DNA of 64,000 bases from NCBI GenBank assembly GCA_007376265.1, contig VMFW01000002.1, positions 13,970 to 77,969 of the forward strand, in the 5' to 3' direction. The position numbers and the translations under genes are program-made. Of this stretch, positions 18,870 through 28,679 are shown one piece after another. This DNA comes from Parcubacteria group bacterium Gr01-1014_20. Its GTDB lineage: Bacteria > Patescibacteriota > Minisyncoccia > UBA6257 > 2-01-FULL-56-20. Under the pieces are notes generated by a model that did not search any database, was not told where the DNA came from, and worked only from the letters and a program-made list of their open reading frames with translations. The stretch's first letter is position 1. Every line of letters begins with the position of its first letter.

Positions 18870-21800
18870 CTAAGGTTGAACGATTCTCAAAAGTGATTGG
18901 AGCTGCCTGGCAACCCCCTCTAGCTGGGCGCCAATTGATTCAATGAGCGATGATGAAAGTGGCTGCCCTATTGGTAATTTAGGAGGTAATTTTGGAGACG
19001 TTGGAGATGTCTTCGTCGGGAAACCTGTCGGCACCCTTAAAATCTTCTCATCGAGGGAAACAGCGCCAAGAATCTTCACAGTCGATGCATCGACCCCTGA
19101 AACTTTGGGTCTAAATTTTAAATTTACCACACCGGTAGAACCCGAAGGAACCCTTACTCCACCTTCCTGATCGTAGATACCCACCTTAGCCCCGCCTCCC
19201 TGAACACCCGTTTGAACCTCGAAATCTTGGAACTGGGAGTTTTTTTCCACTCCGACAAATTCAAGTTTGTTCAGGTCAAATGAAAAATTAATTTGTAAAC
19301 CAATAAGGGGCGCATTCGTGTTTACACTCAAGGGAACCGAAATTAGTCCGTCTGCACTTGTAGTTCCTGAACTCAAACTCACCGAAGCCGAAGCGGTACT
19401 CTCTGGATCAGCCGTGCAATCCGGCACCGGCCCGCCCCTAAAAGCATGATCTATGAGATGAACCACATCGATAATATTAATCACACCGTCAGCATTCAAG
19501 TCCCCAATCCACCTTGGACTTGGTTCCGGCCCGCCCCTAAAAGCATGATCTATGAGATGAACCACATCGATAATATTAATCACACCATTATTATCAAGAT
19601 CCCCGCAACGAAAACCGCCGGTCAAATCAAGAGAATAAAGATCAAGTGCATAACCTCCTTGAATATCCGAATTTCTAGCATCCGGCCAAACAACTCGAGT
19701 CCCGTAAATTACTGGCGTCGTCTGGGCCGACCCTTCGTAAGTAACTCGGCTTTCAGTGTTAGTTGAAAGATCGTACATATAAACGTCATCATTTCCTGTA
19801 GTGTCCAAATACCAAACTATCTTACTTCCATAAATATCCGGCCTAAGTTTTTTACTTGTTCCAGAACTAATTCTAGTCTCAAGCCCAGTTGCAATGTCAT
19901 ACATATAAATATTTTCGTTCGTGCCATCGCGCTTATCCTCATAAACCACTTTGTCACCATAAATTGCCGGGTTAGTCTGGTTAGCGGTGCTGGTTGTTAA
20001 CCTCGTCATAGCCACAGTCGAAACATCGTACATATAAATATCGAAGTTGCCATTCCGGTTGTCCTCCCAAACAATTCTATTTCCCCAAATATCCGGCGCG
20101 CGTTGGAAAGCCGTGCTAGTTGTAATCCGAGTTTCAAAAAAGGTAGAAAGTTTTCGCATATAAATATCCGGAACCCCACTGCCAGACCACCTTTCGTCCG
20201 CCCAGACTACATAATCCCCATAAATCGCCGGAGCTTCCTGATCCTTGAGGCTCGTCGAAATCGCCGTTTCAACCCCAGTTGAGAGGTTTTTCATGTAAAT
20301 ATCGCCGCCGTTTGATGCGTCATTTCGGTGATCTTCCCAAACCACCAGATCTTCATAGACAGCAGGCAAAACCGTGCCGTAGATTGGGTGTGAAGCCACC
20401 TCCGTCGTTGTCCCACTTAAAAGGTTATAAAGATAAATCCGCCTCACCCCGTTGCTCCAATCTTCGTACACCACCTTATCACCCCATATTGCTGGCGATT
20501 GTTGGTTGTCATAGCCACTCACAACTTTAGTGATCTGATTCAACAAAGACGCCTTCCTCTGGGTTGTTAGTCCGGCATAAGTCGTTATAACCTTGACCTC
20601 CTTATCGTACTGACCCGGAGAAACAATCGAGGTTGAGTAATCGGTTCCCGAAGCAGCCTGCAAAACCCCGTCCTCGTACCACTGATAGGTGCACCCACTA
20701 CAAGTGCCCGGTAGACTGCCCGGACTCGTCGAAAACGCCCTAAAGTAAACCGCCTGACCAGAAATGACCTGAAGCTCACGGTTCGTGCTAGTGGGGTTGG
20801 GACTAAAACCTGCGTAAAGATCAACCTTGGGCGTCCCCTTAACTTTCAAGGCAACCATGTCTCGCCCCGAATTACCCTGCATATCCGTCACGGTTAGACG
20901 CAGAATATAATAACCGTCATTAACTAAACCGGACGTGTCCCAACCGGAAAAAAGCAACTCAGTGGGTGGCAAAACATTTGACGAGTGAATCGGAATCCAA
21001 TTGTTAGTTTGATAATCCGTTGATTTTATGTAATCCAAACTGTAACTCGCAAAATCCGGCCCTTCAACCCGACCCTGAATGTCCGTAAGTCCTGAAACAA
21101 TTCCGTAGCTATAACTTGAAGTCGGCACCTCGAGCTTTGCAAAAAGCGAAAAATCTTTGGTAAGTGAATCCAAAGCGTCAATTCTTCCCCATCCTCCCGT
21201 AAAGATGGGATGTCCAACATTGTGAGTGCCGTTTTTGATAGCGTAGACTATTCTTTCTGATGACCAGGCAGGGTGAGCTTGTTTCAAAAGTGCCGCCAGC
21301 CCCGCTACGTGAGGCGTCGCCATACTTGTCGCTCCATTCTGAAAGTGCAGGGTATCAAAACACGGCTGTAGGTCCGGATTACTAATCCACGGCTCTACAC
21401 TGTCCCATCTTGCTGAACAAATAAAGGCGCCTGGCGCCACCAGGTCCGGTTTTAAAACTATCCCATCAGCCTGACTTCCAGTCTTGTAGTAAGCCGGACC
21501 GCGAGAGCTAATCGCTAAAATCTGGTCTTGAACTGGGTTAATGTCGTAATCATAAAAGAAAGAGCTGGAAGGATAGTTAATTTTGTAAGCAGCTCCAACT
21601 GCTATAACTTTGACCGCATCGGCCGGACTAGTCACCGCGTTCTCACCGCTATCCACGTCACCGTTTCCATAATTCCCAGCCGAAGCCACTACCACCACCC
21701 CCAAAGCTACTGCGTTATCTGCCGCAACCGACGTAGGAGAGTTGGGCGAGTGCAAGCCCCCTAAACTTAAATTAATCACGTCGAGATGATCTGCAAAATC

Positions 21801-22874
21801 ACCGTCCTGATTCGGGTCAACCGATCGTTCTATGGCCGCAATAACGTTTGGTATATAACCCAAGTTTTGAGAATTTAGAACCTTATAAACGTAGATGGTC
21901 GAGCTCGGCGCTACTCCCCTCAAAACACCATCGGCGGCGGCAATCCCAGCCACATGTGTGCCGTGATAATGATCGTCCATCGGGTCGGCGTCGTTGTTCA
22001 CAAAATCCCACCCTCCCCCAATCTTCGGGCAAGTTCCAGCCAAAATTTGCGGCGTGGTGCAGGATCCAAAATCCGGATGAGTGTAATCAATACCGCTATC
22101 AATCACTCCAATCCGAGCTCCCTGACCATTCAAACACGGCTGCCCCGAAGTCGCGCAACTCGCACCGTTTGCGTCCAATCCCCAAGACAAGTCCGCCTTT
22201 ATAAGCGGCACCGAATCCATAAGCGCGCCATAAAAAACATACTCCGGGTAAACCGCCTCCACCTCCGGCATCTTTTCAATTTTCTTAATATCCTCCGCCG
22301 AAAGAACGTTGACTGAAAAACCATTAAACACGTCCTTAAATTCACGAATTACCTTAACGCGAGAAACCGACTTAGAGAGAGTTGGCAGAAAAGATTTGTG
22401 CTTACTCAAAACGGCCGAACGATAATTCTTAACCTCTTGCTTCAAACTCTGTTGGACACTGAACAAATTAGCTGATTGGCTGACGGCCACCTCCTTTTCT
22501 CGCCTCACCTTATACTCTGAAACAGACGGGTCCTTAAGTTTAATTGTGTATCCGACAATCTCTCGCTCTTTTGGTAAACCGAGTGCTCGAACCGAGGCGC
22601 TTTTCGGCGGAACAGCTGACTCCTGAAGACTGACGAGCATCGATAAATCGCTAACCTTTTTCTTCAACTCCTCAATCTGTAATCTCAGACCATCCAAGTT
22701 CAAGGCAGTAGGAGAAAAAGTGGGACTCACAACCTTAGTCGAACCATCAATGGGTTGCTTCTTAATACTGTAGGGGTCGCTTTTGGAATACGGTACGTTT
22801 AAAGCCGAAACAAACCCCGGCAAAATGAAAATCGCCAAAAGACCAAAGAACAAAAACCTAAAAAATGTTCTCAT
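18870..22874 (-). CDS. Secreted S8 subtilisin-like protease with I9 prodomain, beta-propeller, dockerin and cohesin-like domains
   Basis: VIDSGID, HGTHVAG, SAGN, TSMATPHVAG; repeated P.IYG..VVW.D.R...DIYMYDL; GDL(D/N)..GVINIIDVV x2; C-terminal VPLSV..GLQ..F.FD..LEFV..LKF. Confidence 0.92.
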   Translation of the reverse strand: MRTFFRFLFFGLLAIFILPGFVSALNVPYSKSDPYSIKKQPIDGSTKVVSPTFSPTALNLDGLRLQIEELKKKVSDLSMLVSLQESAVPPKSASVRALGLPKEREIVGYTIKLKDPSVSEYKVRREKEVAVSQSANLFSVQQSLKQEVKNYRSAVLSKHKSFLPTLSKSVSRVKVIREFKDVFNGFSVNVLSAEDIKKIEKMPEVEAVYPEYVFYGALMDSVPLIKADLSWGLDANGASCATSGQPCLNGQGARIGVIDSGIDYTHPDFGSCTTPQILAGTCPKIGGGWDFVNNDADPMDDHYHGTHVAGIAAADGVLRGVAPSSTIYVYKVLNSQNLGYIPNVIAAIERSVDPNQDGDFADHLDVINLSLGGLHSPNSPTSVAADNAVALGVVVVASAGNYGNGDVDSGENAVTSPADAVKVIAVGAAYKINYPSSSFFYDYDINPVQDQILAISSRGPAYYKTGSQADGIVLKPDLVAPGAFICSARWDSVEPWISNPDLQPCFDTLHFQNGATSMATPHVAGLAALLKQAHPAWSSERIVYAIKNGTHNVGHPIFTGGWGRIDALDSLTKDFSLFAKLEVPTSSYSYGIVSGLTDIQGRVEGPDFASYSLDYIKSTDYQTNNWIPIHSSNVLPPTELLFSGWDTSGLVNDGYYILRLTVTDMQGNSGRDMVALKVKGTPKVDLYAGFSPNPTSTNRELQVISGQAVYFRAFSTSPGSLPGTCSGCTYQWYEDGVLQAASGTDYSTSIVSPGQYDKEVKVITTYAGLTTQRKASLLNQITKVVSGYDNQQSPAIWGDKVVYEDWSNGVRRIYLYNLLSGTTTEVASHPIYGTVLPAVYEDLVVWEDHRNDASNGGDIYMKNLSTGVETAISTSLKDQEAPAIYGDYVVWADERWSGSGVPDIYMRKLSTFFETRITTSTAFQRAPDIWGNRIVWEDNRNGNFDIYMYDVSTVAMTRLTTSTANQTNPAIYGDKVVYEDKRDGTNENIYMYDIATGLETRISSGTSKKLRPDIYGSKIVWYLDTTGNDDVYMYDLSTNTESRVTYEGSAQTTPVIYGTRVVWPDARNSDIQGGYALDLYSLDLTGGFRCGDLDNNGVINIIDVVHLIDHAFRGGPEPSPRWIGDLNADGVINIIDVVHLIDHAFRGGPVPDCTADPESTASASVSLSSGTTSADGLISVPLSVNTNAPLIGLQINFSFDLNKLEFVGVEKNSQFQDFEVQTGVQGGGAKVGIYDQEGGVRVPSGSTGVVNLKFRPKVSGVDASTVKILGAVSLDEKILRVPTGFPTKTSPTSPKLPPKLPIGQPLSSSLIESIGAQLEGVARQLQSLLRIVQP
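19427..19586. repeat. 61-bp perfect direct repeat (19427-19487 and 19526-19586), the two dockerin halves
   Basis: Identical DNA encoding GVINIIDVVHLIDHAFRGGP twice, 99-bp period. Confidence 0.9.
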
Positions 22875-23872
22875 TTCCTCCTTACAACCCTTTTAACCGC
22901 CGCCTTAATATCCTTCACTCCCATCTCATACTTCTCAATTAATTCTACCGCTTTTCCGGATTCCCCAAAAGTGTCTTGCATCCCTATAAACTCTATCGGC
23001 GTTGGGGCGTGTTTCGCCAAAACTTCGGCCACTGCCCCGCCCAAACCTCCAATAACCTGGTGCTCCTCAACGGTCACCACCGCCCGAGCTTTTTTTGCCA
23101 GTTCAATAATTTTCTTCCCATCCAACGGCTTTATGGTGTGGCAATTCAAAACCACCGAACTAATTTTATCTTTCTCTAAGTCCCTGGCCGCCACTAGGAC
23201 ATTATATAAAAGGGGTCCCGCTCCAATAATCAAAACATCCGGATTTTTCCTACCTGGAGTCTCCCATAAAACTTCAGCCTTTCCCGGAGTAAACGAAGAA
23301 TTCTCCGTCGTAAAAAGATGGGTTTTTTCTCTGCCTACTCGCAGATAAATCGGTCCAAAAACCTTGGCCGCCGCGAGCGTGGCTTTCTTGGCTTCAATCG
23401 CGTCGCACGGCACGAACACCTTCATATTCGCCATCACCCGCATGGTTGTAATATCTTCAATCGCCTGATGCGTCGCACCGTCTGGTCCCACTGAAATCCC
23501 AGAGTGCGCCCCAACAATTTTCACGTTTGAATTATTATAAGCAATCGTAGTTCTAATCTGTTCCCAATTTCTACCTGGACTGAAAGTCGCGTATGAAGCA
23601 ATGAAAGGAATCTTTCCCGAAACCCCCAAACCAGATCCAATCGTCGCCAAATTCTGTTCCGCCACCCCCATCTCAAAAAATCTCTCCGGAAACTTTTTAG
23701 CGAACGCCTCCATCCGAGTCGATTCAGTAAGGTCCGCGCAGAGTGCCACCACATTTTTATCTTTTTCTCCGGCCATGATTAATCCTTCACCAAATCCGTC
23801 ACGGGTGGCCACCATCTTTACTTTTTTATCGTCAAACAAATCCGGATTAAGTTTTGCTAATGGGTTCAACAT
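22871..23872 (-). CDS. tkt: Transketolase, C-terminal subunit
   Basis: ATRDGFG, GVAEQN, GPDGATHQ, TIKPLD, EEHQ..GGLG. Confidence 0.93.
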   Translation of the reverse strand: MLNPLAKLNPDLFDDKKVKMVATRDGFGEGLIMAGEKDKNVVALCADLTESTRMEAFAKKFPERFFEMGVAEQNLATIGSGLGVSGKIPFIASYATFSPGRNWEQIRTTIAYNNSNVKIVGAHSGISVGPDGATHQAIEDITTMRVMANMKVFVPCDAIEAKKATLAAAKVFGPIYLRVGREKTHLFTTENSSFTPGKAEVLWETPGRKNPDVLIIGAGPLLYNVLVAARDLEKDKISSVVLNCHTIKPLDGKKIIELAKKARAVVTVEEHQVIGGLGGAVAEVLAKHAPTPIEFIGMQDTFGESGKAVELIEKYEMGVKDIKAAVKRVVRRK

Positions 23873-23906
23873 AAAATTGTCTCAAATAAAGTAATTTCAG
23901 AAAAAT

Positions 23907-24761
23907 TTAGCCACCATGAATTTTTCGACCAATTGCTTCTAATTCTTTTAACGCTAACCTGGCCTGTTCCGCGTTAGGCGGTATCCCGTGCCATTTGTAA
24001 TCGTTTTCCATAAAACTCACGCCTTTCCCGGGGATGGTGTGCGCAATAATCATCGTTGGTTTCTCGTGAATCGCTTTGGCTTCCGCCACAGCATCCACAA
24101 TGTGTTCAAAATTATGTCCGTCAATTTCAATCACGTGCCAATTAAAAGCCTCATACTTTGCCCGAAAAGGCTCAAGTGGCATTATCTCTTCCGTGTTGCC
24201 GTCAATCTGAATATTGTTCCGGTCAACCACGGCTGTGAGGTTGCTCAAGCGATACTTGCCGGCAAACATCACCGCCTCCCATGTATTTCCCTCCTGGTGC
24301 TCGCCATCCGAGGTTAAGCAATAAGTTCGATATTTTTTACCATCCAGTCTTCCAGCCAAAGTTATGCCGATTGCTTGAGAAAGCCCCGAACCCAAAGGCC
24401 CGGAGGTTGTTTCCAGTCCCGGTAGGGCTGTTCGGTGAGGATGACCCTGTAGCCTTGAGTTAATTTTTCGCAAGGTTTTTAGCTCTTCAATAGGAAAATA
24501 CCCAGCTCGCGCCATTGTTGCATATAAAACGGGGCAAATGTGGCCGTTCGAAAGCACGAGCCTATCCCTATCTGGCCAGCCTGGTTTCTTGGGGTTTTGA
24601 TTTAAAATATGAAAATAAAAAGCCGTAAAAATATCGGCCATCCCCAAAGGCCCAGCCGAATGCCCTGAACCAGCCTCAAGAAGCATCCGAATAATATCCT
24701 GGCGAATCCGGTTCGCCGTCATCTCCAAAAACTCTATCTTCTTATCGTTTAATCCTTGCAT
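23907..24761 (-). CDS. tkt: Transketolase, N-terminal subunit
   Basis: AGSGH, RDRLVLSNGH, LQGHP, GPLGSGL, DGEHQEG..WEA, HTIPGKG. Confidence 0.93.
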   Translation of the reverse strand: MQGLNDKKIEFLEMTANRIRQDIIRMLLEAGSGHSAGPLGMADIFTAFYFHILNQNPKKPGWPDRDRLVLSNGHICPVLYATMARAGYFPIEELKTLRKINSRLQGHPHRTALPGLETTSGPLGSGLSQAIGITLAGRLDGKKYRTYCLTSDGEHQEGNTWEAVMFAGKYRLSNLTAVVDRNNIQIDGNTEEIMPLEPFRAKYEAFNWHVIEIDGHNFEHIVDAVAEAKAIHEKPTMIIAHTIPGKGVSFMENDYKWHGIPPNAEQARLALKELEAIGRKIHGG

Positions 24762-24805
24762 AAAATTAAAACTGCTCAAAATCTAAAAAGAATAAATTAC
24801 GCCGT

Positions 24806-25495
24806 TCAAATCTTCGCCAACTCGGCGTAAGCCGCTGTCGGATTCTTGGCTTGAAAAATATAGTTCGCGGCTATCAAAACATCAGCCCCAGCCTCACGAC
24901 ACAACTTACCAGTTTCCAAATTAATACCACCGTCAACTTCAATTATAGCATCACGTCTAGAATGCCTAATAAATCTTATCTTATCGATTGCTACCGGCAA
25001 AAACTTCTGCCCAGCCAACCCTGGCCTTACCGCTAAAACTTGGAAGAAGGAAAAAAAGTTCAGATACCTTTCTAAAAAGCCAATTGGGGTTTCGGGGTTG
25101 TTCGAAAGCATAAGCTGAATCCCTTCCTTTCGGCACAACTCGACTGTTTCTTCAATAATTTTATCCGGATCAAATTTTTGCTTTCTAAAACGCGGATCAA
25201 TGAGAGCCTCTAAATGAACGAGGATTCTTTTCGCTCCTCCGGCAATCCAATCTTTAATTACCGCCTCTGGCTCCTCAACCATCAGATGAATCTCGGTGTT
25301 AAACTCGAGTTCGGGGTGAGCCTCAAAAAGCGCGGTGAGCTCCTTCGGATTTCCCCAGGTTTTATTGTAGGTAAATTTTGCGTCCGCTACATCAATATGA
25401 ATCCACCCATCTTTCGGTAAAAAACTTTTTGCCTTGAGCAACTTCTCGGAAACACAGGGCAGATCCAAACAATTTATCGCTGGTATCACCTGCAT
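24806..25495 (-). CDS. rpe: Ribulose-phosphate 3-epimerase
   Basis: HIDVAD, HLMV..P, V.PGLAGQKF, EVDGGIN, AGAD. Confidence 0.9.
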   Translation of the reverse strand: MQVIPAINCLDLPCVSEKLLKAKSFLPKDGWIHIDVADAKFTYNKTWGNPKELTALFEAHPELEFNTEIHLMVEEPEAVIKDWIAGGAKRILVHLEALIDPRFRKQKFDPDKIIEETVELCRKEGIQLMLSNNPETPIGFLERYLNFFSFFQVLAVRPGLAGQKFLPVAIDKIRFIRHSRRDAIIEVDGGINLETGKLCREAGADVLIAANYIFQAKNPTAAYAELAKI

Positions 25496-25500
25496 GATTT

Positions 25501-25962
25501 TTAGCTGTTTTTTATCTCCTCCTCAATTTGGGAAATCTTGTCTAACCTTCTTTGATATCTCTCCTCGCCACCAAATTGAGTTTCCAAAAAAACCTGAACC
25601 ATTTTCTTGGCGTCTTCTTCGTTAGTAAAGGTAGATGAAATCGAAAGAATATTCACGCCGTCATCGTGTTTGGCGTCATAAACTTGATCCGAAGTTATTC
25701 CTAAAACCGACCTGGCTCCGGGAAATTTATTAGCCACAATGTCTACCCCCGCCCCCGAGCCACAAACCAAAACCCCAATCGTGCTATCCCCGCCCAAGGA
25801 AACCTTTTTGGCCACTCCGCTCGCAAAGTCTGGATAATCATCGTCTTTATCGTAATGATCGTTCCCAACATCCACCACCTCAAACCCCTGATCCTTAACA
25901 AAACTTTTCAAAGTTTCTTTTAAAGTAAATCCCCGATGATCCGCTCCAAAATAAATAACCAT
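25501..25962 (-). CDS. rpiB: Ribose-5-phosphate isomerase B
   Basis: GADHRGF, DDYPD, CGSGAG, ANKFPG.R, RY.RRL.KI. Confidence 0.92.
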   Translation of the reverse strand: MVIYFGADHRGFTLKETLKSFVKDQGFEVVDVGNDHYDKDDDYPDFASGVAKKVSLGGDSTIGVLVCGSGAGVDIVANKFPGARSVLGITSDQVYDAKHDDGVNILSISSTFTNEEDAKKMVQVFLETQFGGEERYQRRLDKISQIEEEIKNS

Positions 25963-25980
25963 TGATAAAATTATAGCACA

Positions 25981-26014
25981 ACCAAAAAACTCCGGTTCGC
26001 GGAGTTTTTTGGTT
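25981..26014 (-). terminator. Intrinsic terminator
   Basis: ACCAAAAAACTCCG..CGGAGTTTTTTGGT hairpin. Confidence 0.7.
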
Positions 26015-26030
26015 AAAGTCTATACTAAAC

Positions 26031-28508
26031 CTACTGCGGAAAAGTAAAGCTTACGTCTTCCTTAACAATAATCTCGTAACCTTTGCTAGGCTTTAAATTA
26101 GTCAGACCCAAATTTGATCCGGGAATCCAAAAATCTCCTTTGATGTCTTTAACAATGCTGATCTTATCTTTAATAGAAGAAAAAAAGCTCTCAACTCCGG
26201 TCTCAAAAGTTAACGGGTACCCGATGTAGTTGGGAAAACTATCACCTTTGTAAAGTTTTGTTGTAAGCCCCACCGGTCCGTAACCATAAATATACATCGA
26301 GAAAGCCCTAGTGGTGTAAAGTTTATAACCCTTACCAAACTCTACCACCTTGAGAGTCTCAATATTCTTTGATGGTTCGAAAACCAAATCTTGCGTCCCC
26401 TCGGTTGTTTTTATTACATCTATGTAGCTCAACCAATCCTTAAATATGCTTCGCACCTCCCTGCCCGAACCCTCCGGCAACCGGTGAAAAGAAATAAAAT
26501 TCCAACCTGGATCGACATTGATCGCTTGATAGCCAGCCGTCTGCCCAGATACGTTCACATTAAAACTATGAGTATCTAATCCTCCTTTCCCGTCTTGTAC
26601 CGTTACCGCTACTTTGTAAGTGCCAGCGAAAGACCAAGCGTGAGAGACATTCATTGTTCCACAGGTATCGGTTGTAAGTTCAGTAGCCGAAACGGCGCAA
26701 GCCATTCCCATGCCTGGCGAACCATCTCCCCAACCTACCGACCAACTCATCACGTCTCCATCAGGATCTTTCGCACTCCACGAAAAATTGACGGCCTGCC
26801 CAACCAAAATTTGCGAAGGAATGGATGGCACTCCCACAATTTCTGGAGAATGGTTAGTTGAAACTGAACCACCCACCACCACACTCATACTCGTCTTCGC
26901 TTGTTGTCCCTTGTCATCCGTCACGTAGAAAATCGGCGTATAGGTTCCTCCATTGCTATACGAATGAGTGAAGGTAGCTGTGTTCTGAACAGACAAAGCT
27001 TTCGGCGCAGCGCCAAGATAATTATTTGCGGTAGGTTCATCCCCCCAAATCACCGAATAACTCAAACTGCCATTTTCCGGATCATAGGCTTTCACCGTCC
27101 AAGTTCCCATCTCGCTAACTTTTAAAGTCGTCGGCCCGCTCACCCCCGAAACCACCGGCGGCAAATTATTTGGATTTATTATTGACTCGCCAATCACAAA
27201 CACCGCGCTCCGGCCACTCATTCCTCCATCCGCTGCTGAAACGGTGATAATCACTTTGTTCCGATATTGTTGTCCCAAATCCACCGGAACCGTCCATTCA
27301 AAAAGCCCGTCATTATCCGTTTTTTCAGAAATCACATACGGCATCGGCTCGGCCATCAAACATGCTACTTGTGGATTGTCGTATAAACAAGAAATGTATT
27401 TATGAAGTGTGATCTTCACCGCCCCAATCGGAGCAAAAGTTGTATTGGCTACCCCTGCCGATACAGACCCCTGTCCACTCACCGTTGGTTCACCCAAGGG
27501 TTTTAAGCTAGTCAAGGTCGGCCACACCTGACTCCAAGCAATTTTGTAAGTCTGTCCTGGTTGCCAAGTTTCTCCCGATGAAGGCGAGTAAACTTTGAAC
27601 CCACCCTGCTCTGGCCATGGTCGTGGCGTCGGCGGAATCGGGCAACGCATTGTCACTCCAGGAACAGACCCCGACCCCGTTGACTGCAATACTCCCACCC
27701 CTCCCGAACCGGATCCGACCGATCCATCCGACACTACTTCCAGCTTCGCCTCAATTCGTTGTTTAGTTTCGATGTCTAGTACGCCCGTTGCGGAAAGTCC
27801 CGCTTGAGTCTGGAATTTTGTGACTGCCTTCGCAGTCAGAGGTCCATAATAACCCGTCACCAATCCTTCGGGATAAATCGTGGGATCAATTTTCAAAAAT
27901 TCCTGAACGACTTTCACCGATTCACCACTGTAACCGACTTTGGTTCCAGCCTCCGGCAAAACACATCCTGCCATACCTAAAATCACTTTCTTCGCTGTGA
28001 ATCCCCAAAAGCCACCCTCAATGTTGTGCCACTGCAACTGTCCCCAAAGCGTCACCCTCTGGCCCTCTGATTTCTTGAGTTCTACCAACACTTGGTCGTT
28101 CACCGCCTTCACCAAATAACTCTTTCCGCCTTGAGTCGGATAAGTCAATCTCGTCGGTTCAACAATTTTATGTGTCCCCCACATATAAATCGACAATAAC
28201 CCATCGGATCCTTGTGCCGAAAGCACTCCGCTTATGGTATCCCACCCCCGCTCCGGTTCTATCGGTTTAACCACTGTCGGAAAAATGGGTTTGCTCTGTC
28301 CCCGCAAAGAATCCAGCTGTGCTTGCAAACTCTTAATAAGCTCCATCAGGGAGTTTATCTGTTTTTGCATGGCTTCAATGGATGCATTGCTATTTCGGCT
28401 CTGCATTTCCTCTTCTATATTCACCGTAGCCGACACCCGAGCCATCGGGGCGACAAGCGTTAACACCATCGCTCCTAACACCAAACCACCAATTACTTTT
28501 TTGCTCAT
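26031..28508 (-). CDS. Secreted surface protein: PG_binding_1, Ig-like and 2 PKD domains
   Basis: Signal peptide, short coiled coil, VKVVQEFL..VTGYYGPLT.KAV.KFQ, WGD repeats, C-terminal GWNFISF module. Confidence 0.85.
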   Translation of the reverse strand: MSKKVIGGLVLGAMVLTLVAPMARVSATVNIEEEMQSRNSNASIEAMQKQINSLMELIKSLQAQLDSLRGQSKPIFPTVVKPIEPERGWDTISGVLSAQGSDGLLSIYMWGTHKIVEPTRLTYPTQGGKSYLVKAVNDQVLVELKKSEGQRVTLWGQLQWHNIEGGFWGFTAKKVILGMAGCVLPEAGTKVGYSGESVKVVQEFLKIDPTIYPEGLVTGYYGPLTAKAVTKFQTQAGLSATGVLDIETKQRIEAKLEVVSDGSVGSGSGGVGVLQSTGSGSVPGVTMRCPIPPTPRPWPEQGGFKVYSPSSGETWQPGQTYKIAWSQVWPTLTSLKPLGEPTVSGQGSVSAGVANTTFAPIGAVKITLHKYISCLYDNPQVACLMAEPMPYVISEKTDNDGLFEWTVPVDLGQQYRNKVIITVSAADGGMSGRSAVFVIGESIINPNNLPPVVSGVSGPTTLKVSEMGTWTVKAYDPENGSLSYSVIWGDEPTANNYLGAAPKALSVQNTATFTHSYSNGGTYTPIFYVTDDKGQQAKTSMSVVVGGSVSTNHSPEIVGVPSIPSQILVGQAVNFSWSAKDPDGDVMSWSVGWGDGSPGMGMACAVSATELTTDTCGTMNVSHAWSFAGTYKVAVTVQDGKGGLDTHSFNVNVSGQTAGYQAINVDPGWNFISFHRLPEGSGREVRSIFKDWLSYIDVIKTTEGTQDLVFEPSKNIETLKVVEFGKGYKLYTTRAFSMYIYGYGPVGLTTKLYKGDSFPNYIGYPLTFETGVESFFSSIKDKISIVKDIKGDFWIPGSNLGLTNLKPSKGYEIIVKEDVSFTFPQ

Positions 28509-28679
28509 ATTTTTTATTAAAACTTAAGACCTTTTTTATATACGTCCTGCTTCATGATTCACGTTGCATGACCCATGTCTATGCCTAATTATACGCCAAA
28601 AATCTGCAAATGTTACCAACAAAATACAGACGGGGTTTACCGTCTGCATTTTGCCCATAAAGCAACTGAGCTAACTACT

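Noticed and set aside
19427..19586. DGR template/variable repeat pair or CRISPR array
   Set aside because: The copies are identical (no adenine-specific mismatches), there are only two units, both are in frame, and no RT or cas gene is in the window.
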